Below, one piece after another: positions 1 to 11,570 of a stretch of 64,000 nucleotides of DNA (within the stretch, counting starts at the first letter, position 1; every line of letters starts with the position of its first letter). The notes beneath the pieces are model-generated. The model had not been told where the DNA came from. It ran no database searches and saw only the letters and a list, made by a program, of their open reading frames with translations. Source of the DNA: Phoronis australis (lineage: Eukaryota > Animalia > Phoronida); assembly GCA_002633005.1 (NCBI GenBank), contig NMRA01000705.1, forward strand, positions 124,001-188,000, written 5' to 3'. Made by a program: the position numbers and the translations under genes.

Positions 1-93
1 GGGCTCAAAGAATTAAAATGGAACAAAAAGAGGATGGTTCACTGGACTCAAGTGTGTGGAAGTACAGATGCAAATTGAGACTACACGGCTTAC

Positions 94-200
94 CTGGTGA
101 GCTACTGCTGGTTTAGTTGCGCCAGGGTTGGGTCTGTATGTTGCCAACAACTGACTAGTGTTGACATCGTGACATAGGCTGATAAGACTACCACGGTTAC
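94..200 (-). CDS. RFWD3: RFWD3 exon 10
   Basis: [23 protein letters not shown]; donor CAG|GTAAG. Confidence 0.88.
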
Positions 201-3200
201 CTAAGTACAAAAACAAGTACACAAACCTATCACAACATTTTTAACACTGTTTCATGTACATTCCTTTAAAAACAACAGATTGGAAATGCATACAGTATCT
301 CATTAAATATTTCTCTGAGCTTGTGATTGGTTAACATTTTATTCTTCTGAGCTTGTGATTGGCTAAAGAGGCTGCACATTGTGTCCAACTCTTGTTCCAT
401 TACGTTGCATTGGGAGGGTACAAAATTATGCTTTTCTACAAAAAATGAGCTACATGAAATGTGCGTACTTTTTAAATATCAAATGTTAGTAGAATGTCGC
501 CACACACTTGTTCCCCTGACACAGTAGCATTGTGAAAAGACTGGAACTTTGGCCTATGGCCTGTTTGTGTTTCATTGCATTGTGTAACCTTGGCACACAT
601 GAAAACTGAAAAATGTCAGTGACAAATTGGAATTTTTAACCATGGTTTACTCTGGCATAATATCATTGGTATTCAACAAGGATAGATTAGTACACATCCA
701 GGATGTTATTTCCCAATTAGTTAATACACAATGAGAATGTGATTAAGCAGCACAGTGGATCAGACAACGCAAGCATCTTCTACAGAGAATCTCAAGTTAA
801 CATTTGGAACATACTACCATTAAACATGTGTTTAGTAATTGTTTGAATTATGACATAGTAGCTATTCATGACTTCACTTTGATACCATGAATGCTGAGTT
901 AATTTAACATTATGATCATACTAAAGGCCTGTACCTGAGACAGGTAATTTATGCAGCCTGAAGTAGTTACCAAGCGTCTCATAGAAGGTCATCTCGTCCA
1001 TCTGTCCCACCATCAGACCACTACACCTGTGTTGGAACAGAGTCGTGTAAGCAGTTACAAGTAAATTTTGACAGTCACTATGTTACAACAATAATATGTA
1101 AACATTTACAAATAAATAACAAACATTTTCCAAGAGTATAACATGAATAGTACAAGTAAATCATAACTAAATTAGAAACCTTGTATGAATAGCCACAAGT
1201 AAACTATCACTGTATTACAAGCGTGTTGTGTGAATAGTTACAAGTAAATTGCAAAAATGCCACAAGCCAGTCGACACATTTGAGCAAAAAGTATCGGAAT
1301 GGGATCAAAATCTTTCGACAGCAAGCGTATAAGGATAACTTCTACGAAACTCTTTATTAGAACGGAGTAAATGGCAAAGTCACCTGAAGTGCTGACTCGG
1401 CCTGAGGTAGCATAGAGAGACCACAGGCTTTGTACAGTTGTTGTTAAACTCTCTCACACTCTTAGACGTGTCGCGCACATCGTACTGAATAATGCTGCCA
1501 TTAGCCACACCCGTGTAGAAGTAGTTGGTGTTACCACTGTCCCAGCAGCAGGTCCACATGGGACCAGGTGCATCCCACCTGTAACAGAACAATGAACAGT
1601 AGTGGACAGTGACCAGAACAGGACTGGGACAAAGGAAACAACAAGTCAGACGATTGGCTTCAACTGATGCACCTGAGACAGACCAAGCAGGCACCGAATT
1701 AGAGGGATCCAAGGGGTCTGCACTCCCTGTGCAGAAATCTTTGTACTGCTGTTATTGAAGGTGAAGTGTCTGGTATGTGTGTCCATTGGGCATACACATT
1801 AGGAAAGTGAAAGGATTATATTATATATTTGTATGAGTAATTGTGGCAGCAACTCTGTGCCTTTAGCCAAATATCTAGAGAATTACAAATGGGTCTTGTG
1901 ATATGTTTTTATTGGTGATAAGAAGAGTCACTCACGTTTGAACTACGGTGTTGGTCATAAGACTGGTCACTTTGACTGTCTTGTCCAGTGACACACTAAG
2001 CAGGAGCCCATCCTCAGAGGATGGCTTAAACGCCATATCACGAATAGGCTTCTTGTGGATAGACACCTGTTGAATGTTCCTGAAGTCAAGAGTGCTGATC
2101 TGAAAAGAAGATCATTTCACTAAGAACAGAGTTTTTAAATTTGCATTTTCTGTGATGAAAATTTACAGCACAAGTGTCCCCAACTGCACAAAGCTGTTGA
2201 AACTAATTTTTTCTTATTTGCTGGACTCTATTCTTGTAATAGACTGACAGGTTGACATTTAGGAATTCAGAAAACATTGTAGTAATTCAGGTTATTATGA
2301 AGACCTCTTAGTTTAATTTGTTAATTTTTTAAGCGCACAGCATGCTTAAGCAGCCAAATAGAGTTCTTACTTTCTTGATGCCAAAGTTGTTCTTGAAGAG
2401 AGCACTATTAAAGGGCACCGCTACCACCAGCTGACACAGGGCTGGTGAGTAGGTATGTACACGACACTGGCCATCCTGGAAGACACAGACAGAGCTGTAA
2501 TAGAGTACATTTTGTCTCTGCAACAAACCAAAGCTGATGAGACTAAGGCTCTGCTTTCATTAAATATCATACACTGAGCCGAGATGTGCCATTGGTAATG
2601 ACTTCCATGATTCATAAACCAGCTTTACAGTCTGTGCCACAATTTCATTTATAGTAAACCGGCTGTAATAAGATAACTTTCAACTTTTCTGAATTATGTA
2701 GTAAATTAGCTCCAATTGGCACCGCAACGAGTCTCAAAAGGGCCTTTCATACTAACCTCAATGCGTCCATGGTTTGGGGAGTTGCGGTCAGTATGAACGC
2801 TTAACTTCAGTCCTGGATAGCAGTTAACAGGTGGATTTAACAGCGCAGCGTCGACGCTGCGGTGCAGTATGAACGGTCAACTTCGGTCTTATCGAAGTTA
2901 TAGCCAGGTGCCACTGTTATCGTCAACAATTACAGGGTAGTGCCGTAGCTTATAGTTGCTTACATTTTGCTCTAATAATCACCAACTAACTTGAAAATAA
3001 GTTTTATGTCAATTAGCACATGTAAATATTCCCAAATTGTTACTTTGAAAAAATCTTAGCGTGCAGTGCTACCTTGCGATAAATTCGATGACGACAGCAT
3101 CACCTACCATTTACTTCGATGTTCATTAATTACCGAAGCCACTATGAACGGTTTAGTTAACTTCGCTGTTGAAGTCGATGCTCTATTCAAACCGGACTTA

Positions 3201-6200
3201 AGTCAATATGTATTTTGTGGCATTTACAACCTTTGTGGTGACAATGCTGACTGCTAACATGACACATTAGTTCATTAGCAGTATCCTGACAAAGTAAGAC
3301 CAGATCTTACTGAATCAGAACTCCTACAATGACTTGCTGCAGTCGGCACAACAATTGGGCTGAGTGACACGAGGCAAACATTGCATTTCACATGGGTTGG
3401 TTGCCATGGATTTGACAAAGTTAATGCAAAAACATGAATGAAATAACTTGCAGGCCAAACACAAGAAGGGAACATAAGATTGTGACGCGAGTCAGATGCA
3501 GCACTTGGGCTACACATTGCCCATGACTGGTATTAAAGGCGAAGGCAACCTTTTTTCATGTCATTTTGAGCTAAAATAAGGTTGGTTGGTTATCCTAGAC
3601 ATATTTTCCACTTAATTACAGCTTTTCGTAATTTTATTAATTACTTGTCCGCTACTCCGGAAGTGACGTTTTAGGAGGCAAGCGTTTCCCGCCACTTGGT
3701 TTTGCGTTGAGTTTACCGTGCGAATTTGTTCTGTTCTACTTTTGTTTTGTGCTGTTTTTCAACAATTGTCGCCACCACTTTCCANCATCCTGCTTCAGGC
3801 GTTGTTTCGCAGGGACCTTCATCAGTTCAGCGTACAAATCCCTTTCGTAATCGGACGGCAGAAAGTGTTTGCCACACACATGGTAATTCTCGACTGCTTT
3901 GTACATTGCGTGGACGGGTAACGCTGCGCTCTTCACTCGAACGAGCCAAGTACGGCGAAGTGTGTCAACCATTGGAAAGCGATGCAAAGGTACTCCCAAA
4001 GCGTGCGTGAGACGATAGTTAGTACATCCCGGTACGCAGCAACAGTATGGCATGTTGACTGACTAGTAAATGAAAGCGATTGACGACGGAACTTAACACA
4101 ACCGAGGTACAACAATGACTGAGTCGGCAGCTCTCACAGTCAGACTATATGAAAAGAAATTGGCGCGAAATGCTTGCCTCCTAAAACGTCACTTCCGGAA
4201 TAGCGGACGAGTAATTAACAAAATTACGAAAAGCTGTAATTAAGTGGAAAATATGTCTAGGATAACCAACCAACCTCATTGTAGCTCAAAATGACATGAA
4301 AAAAGGTTGCCTTCGCCTTTAACTGTTCTTTATTGTGGATGGGTGGAAATGAAAGTTACGTAATACACCAAACCAGGCCTTTATCCAGGATTTTGAAAAT
4401 AGGGTGTCCAAAATGGGGTTCCCAATATTCCGGGGCGTCCATGATTCCGACGCGTAACCCCCCACCCCCAGCAATCCCCCCAAGCATAAAAAATGCATAG
4501 ACCAAGGTTTTTACATCTAAGTTTACAAAACAGACTTCTGTAGTGAGCATTACAAAAAAAATTGTAAACCAAGACTTTTACAATGCTATCAACCAAGTGT
4601 GAGCATAGCAACATTGTATATACAAAGTATATACATTGTATATTTCTTCCTGCTTTGAAAAAGAGCCCCCACTGTGAGCCTTCAGAGGCTTCCTAGTATT
4701 CATTACAGTGTGTGAGTCCAAACATGAAAGGTTCCTATTGACAGTGGGCGTCCAAATGATACATTGGGCGTCCTTGCCAGGGCGTCCAGATTAGTGCGTC
4801 CATTTGGACGCCCAGGACGTACGCTGCATAAAGGCCTACACCAAACACAAACTGAGCTCTGAGTTACCTTAGATACCACAATGTCATCCACCTTCACATA
4901 ACTGCCTGATGTGCTGACCTTTGATCCTGCCGCAGATGTGTACATGCCACTGCTTGAACCTTGGCTGGACTGTAGCGCACTATTGGTTAAGTAAAAACAT
5001 GCTCAAGAGAATCAGGATGTAGATAATGAATTAAATAAACATATTACAATTACTACACCTCAAGTACCACCACCAACATTAGAAAAAACACAACAGCTGA
5101 AATTCGAACCCATACTTCACCGAACAGGAACTACTCACTACATGCCTGAGGATCTTGTGATCAATGACAAAAGTTTAATGTAACAGCCTTCAACGCACAT
5201 AGAAACTCGATCACTGCACCCGACACCAGCCTGCCATGCACTACATAGCACCAATCACCTCCTACCTACATATCTAGTGTTGCTGTGCCTGCCCAGTATC
5301 CCCCCTACACTTATCTTTCCCTATACCAGCCTACCAAGCACTGCATACCACCAATCACTTCCTACCTAGAGATCTGCTGTTGCTGCGCCTGCCTCTGCAG
5401 TTCCTCCTTTAACCGCCTGTGTTCTTCCACAATCATCTGATATTTCATTCTCAGGTCAGCTGCCTCCAGCTCGCTTTTATTTCTAGCCTCCTTCTCACTC
5501 TCGAGAGCTTTCAACGCCTGATCACGCTCAACTGTATCTAACACCTAATTATATAAATATACAGAAGCATATTCTATAGTAATACTATTGACTATTAGTA
5601 AAATAACCATTTTTATACATAGACGCAATAGTTTTTGTCGGACAAACATTCAGTGCCCCTTACAGGTCAATTTATTCGAAAACTTAAAGGAGCAGGATTA
5701 ATTAGCATTTTTGGTTTGACACTTGCCACCACCATAACATCACAAGTTATTGTTGAGCAGTAGGAACTTCAACTGGGTCACATAAAAACTTAACACAATG
5801 TGGTTGAAAGAAACTATTTTAACATTTGACCTTATACAAGTCATTTTAACGCTGTCCTATGACTGGTGTTACAGTTCAAGTAATTACTTTTTCCAGGAAG
5901 ATACCTTGCAGCAAGCTTTGCCTCTGTTTGTCATTCATCCATAATGACAAATTAATATAAATTTAAAGTTATTAATGACGGACCAAATCCATAACAAACA
6001 CGTATTATCTGAACTGAACCACTCACTTCCCGTTGAATATAAAATATTCACAAGTCAACTCGTTGACCTTGGTATAAGCTACACCATCAGTTGTGAACTG
6101 AGAGTGGACAGCACTGAAGGACAGGAACAAGTCAGCTAACACGATTAATTTAAGACCACAAGATGGCAGAATTAAAAGGACACTAAACCCAGTTTTGTGC

Positions 6201-8696
6201 AGATGTTAAAAACCACTTTCCCATCAAATTCTCTAAAACGAAATAATGCTCTATAACCCTTGACAATCCTCAAAAGTTTTTAGGAACATTTGAAAACTCC
6301 TTTTAAACTTAACGGATAAGCTTGATCTATGCTTTTATCAAATTACTTGGCAAGAGTAGGAAAACACCACCCAGCAATAACAACAACATCCAATCTGTGA
6401 CATAAGGGTTATGATTTTTAGACGATTCCAGCTTTTATCTTACAAGATTGACGCCAATGATGCATTACAAGATGACACAACAAGGATTGATTAAAATCAT
6501 CATATTAACAGGTTTAGTATCCTATTACCGATTGCCATCTTTAGCATTTTCTAGTTGCTTGAAAGATTTCTGTCAATCAAAAGAGTGAACAAACAGAATA
6601 CTAACTTTAAGGGTCTTGGCGTAGATGAGTCTGATGTCTGTTTTCTTGGTCTTTGCATTACACTGTGGGCATTTCTTTGAAGACTTTAACCATTTCTCAA
6701 TACAACTGTAATTACACATACATGACCATTTCTCGGTACAACTGCTGTTACACACTAATAACCACGTCTTAATCAGGGCTTGGAATGACCAATGACAAAA
6801 AACGCGGAAACTTTTACGGCCTAAAACATGCGCGCTACCCAGGATGAAATATTCAATGTGAACCTTTCGCCCACAAAAATCGGGAGGACTAAAAAAAAAA
6901 CCTTACCACTATCAGTAGCATGCGTCTGCGTCTTTTTAGCTCGTCCGTCCACTCCCACCCCCACACATTTTTGGCTGCAGAGCCGCAGTATTTGTCACTG
7001 CAGTTTACAGTCACACGAGTCGCCATTGAAAATCCCACCACGCTATCCCAGATGCCCCGGCAATGTAGACAATTTATGTTCCCCCAAAACATAAAGAGCA
7101 AATTCCGCTTTTCGAGGTGAAAGTCGTCGGCAACGCCGCGGTAAGAAAGGAATTTGCCATGGAAATTTTATATCAAATCCGGTTTTTTACGCAGAAATAT
7201 AATAAAATACGCGGACAGAACATTTGAAAAAAAAACGGAAATCCGCGTTTCCACGGAAAATTACAAGCCTTGCTTAATACAACTTCAAATATACACAAAC
7301 ACAATCACTTCTCGATACAACATTACTGTAAGTACACAAACACACACAACCACTTCTCGCACTTCTCGACAGAAGTGTCCTTAAGCAATATCTAGAGCAA
7401 AATATGAACAACCTTTACATGAAGAGTTTTCTAAACGAAAGCACTTAATACAAACCTTTGGCCAAACAAATGTCCACACTTAAGTGAAACTAATCGGTGG
7501 TCACCTGAATTGCTCCAGTCTTCAAAACAAATAGGACAACCCTGAAATGAAATAAATCTTTATGTTATCATACAAGCACCCAAGAAGGTTCCATTCTCAG
7601 GCAAGCAAATGATCTCCTATTAGTTTGATCAGAAGAGATTTCTAGACTACAGAATAACTGACAATTGGTCAGTGCTTGAGACTATGTTCAAAAAGTCATG
7701 TAGACTCCAGCAATATGACCAGTCAGTTCTCCCTAAGCACATAAATCACTTCTTATCCCCATATAGAATAGGTCGAGACCACACTTTACAACAAATGATC
7801 TAAATCAAAAGTAAGCCTTTAAGGCAGAAAGCATGTTTATAGAGTTCTAAATTAATAAGTCTTTGGTTATTGGCTGCTTGAAGTAGAGACATTACTACAA
7901 TTATGGAAGTCAATATACGCCTTACATGACATCATACCTCATCCTCAGATGTCACTGAAGTAGATGGACCAGCCACAGAACAATTTGTTCCAACACCACC
8001 ACCAGTGGCAGTTTCCATAGCAACCTCCACATCATCCTTATCTTCATCATCACTACCCTCAATAGCGCCATCATTATTGTCATCATCATCATCATCGTCA
8101 TCAGTTACAGTTTCAACAGCAGTCAAGTCAATAACATTAGCTGTACGGTGTAGTGGATAAACTTCCTCATGTGTTAGGTCTACAACAGTCGATGGACGTC
8201 TTGGAGTCCTCTCCTGTGTTAAATCTATAACGTCTGGAGCATCATTGTGGCTGACTGTAGCTTGTACATTCACAGATATTGCGTTATTGTTAACATGCAC
8301 ATCCACACTACTTATCACCGGTCGTGGCCGGTTACCATGAGTTGGTGCGGAGCCATACATATCGTTTATAAGATCGCCTTCACGCGCCAACTGATCACGA
8401 ATATGCTGTATTGCAGACTCCCTCTGAATGATTTGATCGCCCTCTGTCATTAGTTGTTGTTGAATTGTCCTCACAGCTTGCACATCTTCAGCAGTTCTTG
8501 TTCCACTCATAGCTACTTGAGGCCTATTTGACAGAGCAGGAATATCTGTCACTCCGGACCTGGCAGACTCACTTTGCATCACCGATTGACTTGTTGAAGC
8601 AAAAGATGTCCTTCGAGATCTGTCCTCACGTACAGGACTGTCAAACAGTGGAGGGGGGCTTAGATCAGCCCGTTGCCCCGAAGAACTCTGCGACAT
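94..8696 (-). CDS. RFWD3: E3 ubiquitin ligase RFWD3 (disordered N-terminus, RING, coiled coil, WD40); 3' end lies outside the window
   Basis: Exons 8696-7938, 7541-7456, 6705-6606, 5544-5366, 4979-4868, 2475-2371, 2099-1936, 1578-1384, 1026-935, 200-94 join in frame with GT-AG sites. [44 protein letters not shown]; WD40 [10 protein letters not shown] and [21 protein letters not shown] match RFWD3 motifs. Confidence 0.95.
935..1026 (-). CDS. RFWD3: RFWD3 exon 9
   Basis: [30 protein letters not shown]; phases fit both neighbours. Confidence 0.85.
1384..1578 (-). CDS. RFWD3: RFWD3 exon 8 (WD40)
   Basis: [35 protein letters not shown]. Confidence 0.93.
1936..2099 (-). CDS. RFWD3: RFWD3 exon 7 (WD40)
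   Basis: [47 protein letters not shown]. Confidence 0.93.
2371..2475 (-). CDS. RFWD3: RFWD3 exon 6
   Basis: [31 protein letters not shown]. Confidence 0.92.
3537..4318. mobile_element. Kolobok-type non-autonomous DNA transposon with 158-bp TIRs, in RFWD3 intron 5
   Basis: TIRs 3537-3694 and 4161-4318, AGG..CCT termini, TTAA on both sides (3533-36, 4319-22), internal THAP ORF. Confidence 0.85.
3736..4053 (-). CDS. THAP zinc-finger ORF inside the Kolobok-type element
   Basis: [15 protein letters not shown]....LRRTW....HVCGKHF...RLKQD is the C2CH THAP signature; one N at 3785. Confidence 0.7.
   Translation of the reverse strand: MPYCCCVPGCTNYRLTHALGVPLHRFPMVDTLRRTWLVRVKSAALPVHAMYKAVENYHVCGKHFLPSDYERDLYAELMKVPAKQRLKQDXGKWWRQLLKNSTKQK
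4374..4838. mobile_element. hAT-like MITE with 8-bp TSD
   Basis: Ends CAGGCCTTTAT / ATAAAGGCCTA; CACCAAAC duplicated at 4366-73 and 4839-46. Confidence 0.75.
4868..4979 (-). CDS. RFWD3: RFWD3 exon 5
   Basis: [15 protein letters not shown]...VDDIVVSK; phase 2 in, phase 0 out. Confidence 0.85.
5366..5544 (-). CDS. RFWD3: RFWD3 exon 4 (coiled coil)
   Basis: [29 protein letters not shown]...; splice phases consistent. Confidence 0.92.
6177..6523. mobile_element. Possible degenerate Kolobok-like MITE
   Basis: AGGACACTAAACC / GGTTTAGTATCCT inverted ends, TTAA-like flanks imperfect. Confidence 0.35.
6606..6705 (-). CDS. RFWD3: RFWD3 exon 3 (RING C-half)
   Basis: [33 protein letters not shown]. 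Confidence 0.92.
6774..7272. mobile_element. hAT-like MITE with 6-bp TSD
   Basis: CAGGGCTTGGAAT / ATTACAAGCCTTG ends; CTTAAT on both sides; same termini at 36280-36534. Confidence 0.75.
7456..7541 (-). CDS. RFWD3: RFWD3 exon 2 (RING N-half)
   Basis: [28 protein letters not shown]; TTTCAG acceptor, GT donor. Confidence 0.95.
7938..8696 (-). CDS. RFWD3: RFWD3 coding exon 1 (disordered, SIM-like motifs, Asp-rich)
   Basis: 253 codons from ATG; donor GAG|GTATGA in phase with the RING exon. Confidence 0.85.
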
Positions 8697-9859
8697 TCTT
8701 GAGAGACCTCAGAATGTGTTATTAACCATCTACCTTTCAGTGCTTCACCTGCTCATAAAAAGATAGTCTGAAAGCATATCAGAATTACTTGTACTTCTAC
8801 CATTTCTGCTGGTTGAAAACAAAAATCAAATTCAGCCTTTTACTTTCATGAAATCGGTTTTCAAATATTCTTTACTGTTTTACAATTCCGTTGCAACTAC
8901 CAACTCAAGTCATAGGCAATGCCTACAAATGCAATTTTCAAATTTGCAACCCTTCTTAAGACACTGGACTGATGGTTTTGATGTTGTTGAATTCTATTAC
9001 GTCAACGCACATTGGGAGAGTAAAAAACCCTAATTGATTTGTGTTTTTAGCCAACATTAACAGAAGCCATGGCAACACTTTGCAACATTGAGTTCAGTCT
9101 CACACTGCGTTTATTTCACATAGTTGACTGAATTGGTAAATGAAGCATAAAAGCATTCGACAAGCTACACTTCTAATATCACAGTATTGAATAAGGTACC
9201 AAATACCTTTCTATTGATACTTCACTGGTTTGATTTGGTATTCAGCACTATTGCGACCAAACTAAGTCACGCATGGACAACCTCGGCAGTTTCTAAAATT
9301 TCAAGATCTTCACCGACTTCAGATGGATGTTGTCTTTCAACATTGATTGCTGGTTTTAACAAGAAAACATGAAGCTGTTTTGAGGCATCACTAATCAACC
9401 ACTTGTACTTATAAAGATTTTCATTATGATCCTCCCGCATCTGACATCACCAAAAAGAAAGTAAAAGCTACATTCCGATTCTCAATAATTTAATAGACAG
9501 ATTATTAGTTACAGATATTTTAACGTTGTCAATACATGTCCCAAAGTCCCAATCTCGGTAAATTCCCCTGAACGGCTGAATCAATTCAAAGTACCAATTG
9601 CTTCCTTGAACAGAACATGTCCAACACGGCTCCTGATCGGGCTGAAATCATCCAGACATTTGTGATTTGATGTCTATCTCTTGTCACTGGGTCAGTTGAT
9701 CATAGCAGTGTATCACTTTTGCTTGAATAATTCACAAAGTCCAGATCTGTGGCACCTTTAAACAAAAAAGGTAAACTGAATTCAGAATAATCGCCTAAAT
9801 GAGAAAAGTTTAAAAGTGATTACGAAAAATCAACAATACATTCCCAGAAGTCCCGCACT

Positions 9860-10310
9860 CTAGCGGCACTAGGCGGGAAATTCAAACACATTACGCAACC
9901 AGTTTGCTTTACAATAACTCGGTAATTGAGCCTTGGGGTAGCATAGAACTCCATTTTAACAAGGTATAATTAGCTGTTTAGGTCTCAGGCATATAATCAA
10001 TAGCACCAACCACACTATGAAGACAAGTACACCCGGGTCAAAAAGTAGTTGCCAACTAATTGTTTCCTGCTCAAAAACCGGAAGTTAGAAAACTTTATAA
10101 GCGCGAATTTAAGTGTGCGATTCAGAAATTTGTCGACAAGTTAAGCAACTTTGATGTATCGTAATTATTAGGAAGTCAAACCAAAGCGAAATATGATATA
10201 ATTTGTTCAATTTACTTTATATGTACCAACATTTGAAACAGTTAAGTCGAAATTGTTAATTATCGCTTCCTGCCTGGCCCAAATCAGACGATTCCCGCGA
10301 AACCCAAAAA
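9860..10310. promoter_or_regulatory. Putative bidirectional RFWD3/HINFP promoter region
   Basis: Between divergent genes; GGCGGGAAATTCAAA (E2F plus CHR-like) at 9872-9886, ACCGGAAGT (ETS) at 10077-10085, TTCCCGCGAAA at 10292. Confidence 0.45.
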
Positions 10311-11570
10311 GGCATCGCAATATTGTTGAGGTAATTTTGGGTCTAGGATTCCAATGAACTGCCGAACGGAAGAGTAGGTGAGACCTGTGATTTTCGACTC
10401 CAGGGTATCCTGTTTGTTTGAGAAAGGGCTATTAACTGGTTGACCAATACTGCGGTTCACTACAGACATAGCCTTGGCTTTGCCACTGCCACAGGGCCAG
10501 GCTATGGCATGCCGCATAGCCTAGCCATGCAGCCAGCTAGCTGTATGAAGACTATCGTATCGTCAAAATACAGCTAGTTACCACTGCGTGTAGGCAATTA
10601 CATTGCCGAATGCTGCAGCCATGCAGGGGCAATAGTACAACCTCATAAAAAGTTACTCGTCTCAAAATGCAGCAAATACACCGTCACCGGTGACCTAAAC
10701 TCGTGAATATAAGCCTAATATAAAAAAGCATCTGATTGTCCATTAGCAACTGCTCATGTGATGTCATGGACATATATAAGCTTTCACAAATATACGTGAC
10801 CGTTTCGTTTAGATGGAAATACAGGAAGTAAGACCACACATATCGTCTACAGTGCTTACAGTTACTCTAGACAACATAAAAACGCATTACATTGTTTATT
10901 AATTCAGTTTCAATTGAAATAAATTGTTATGTGTTTTGTACCCAAGTTCGATGTTCACAGATGTTTTCAATGAGGTAGTCCACGTAAAACGCTAAGAACC
11001 TCGCATCAATTATCCCTCTGTATTTTCTTGCCTTACATTTGGACTTGATGGACTCAGGGGCACTTTGATTACATTGTTCAAGCCACCCCTGGAACGCGAC
11101 GTGTTACTACAAATCTGAACAATGTTTAGTTTCAAAAATATTTTCTGAAAATGCACAAAAAAGTGTTTTAAGATACATTTGTAAAAAGAAGCCACCCACT
11201 CACTGTTTATTTTCATAGTGTGAATATCAAAAATCTTCCGGGTATTCATTTGACGTTTGTAAGCAGACAAATGCTGGAAACTTCAACACTATGTGTCGCG
11301 GGACCGCGCAGAAGTGGAAATAAGATCGTTCACTACTTTAGGGCACTCGCGACTTTAGGACCTCAGCGGTACTATATGATTAGAAGGCACCTTACCTCAA
11401 CTTGATAAACCGCTGGTCCCGGACACAGCAAATGCACTTGCAAATATGATGTGAGTAGAAATGCGTCTAGAACGACTTAGCACATCTTGCCTGTCAGAAG
11501 GTCCAAGTATGAAGAAAGTATTACTATAAGTACTAGAATGGCTTACCTCAGTTCAGCTTCCCTCAGTCTA

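Noticed and set aside
2740-3200. Possible Harbinger-like MITE (GGGCCTTTCATACT start, GTATGAACG repeats)
   Set aside because: No matching right end or TSD found.
9700-9702. In-frame TGA as selenocysteine
   Set aside because: No recognisable selenoprotein motif or SECIS element; a single stop is not evidence.
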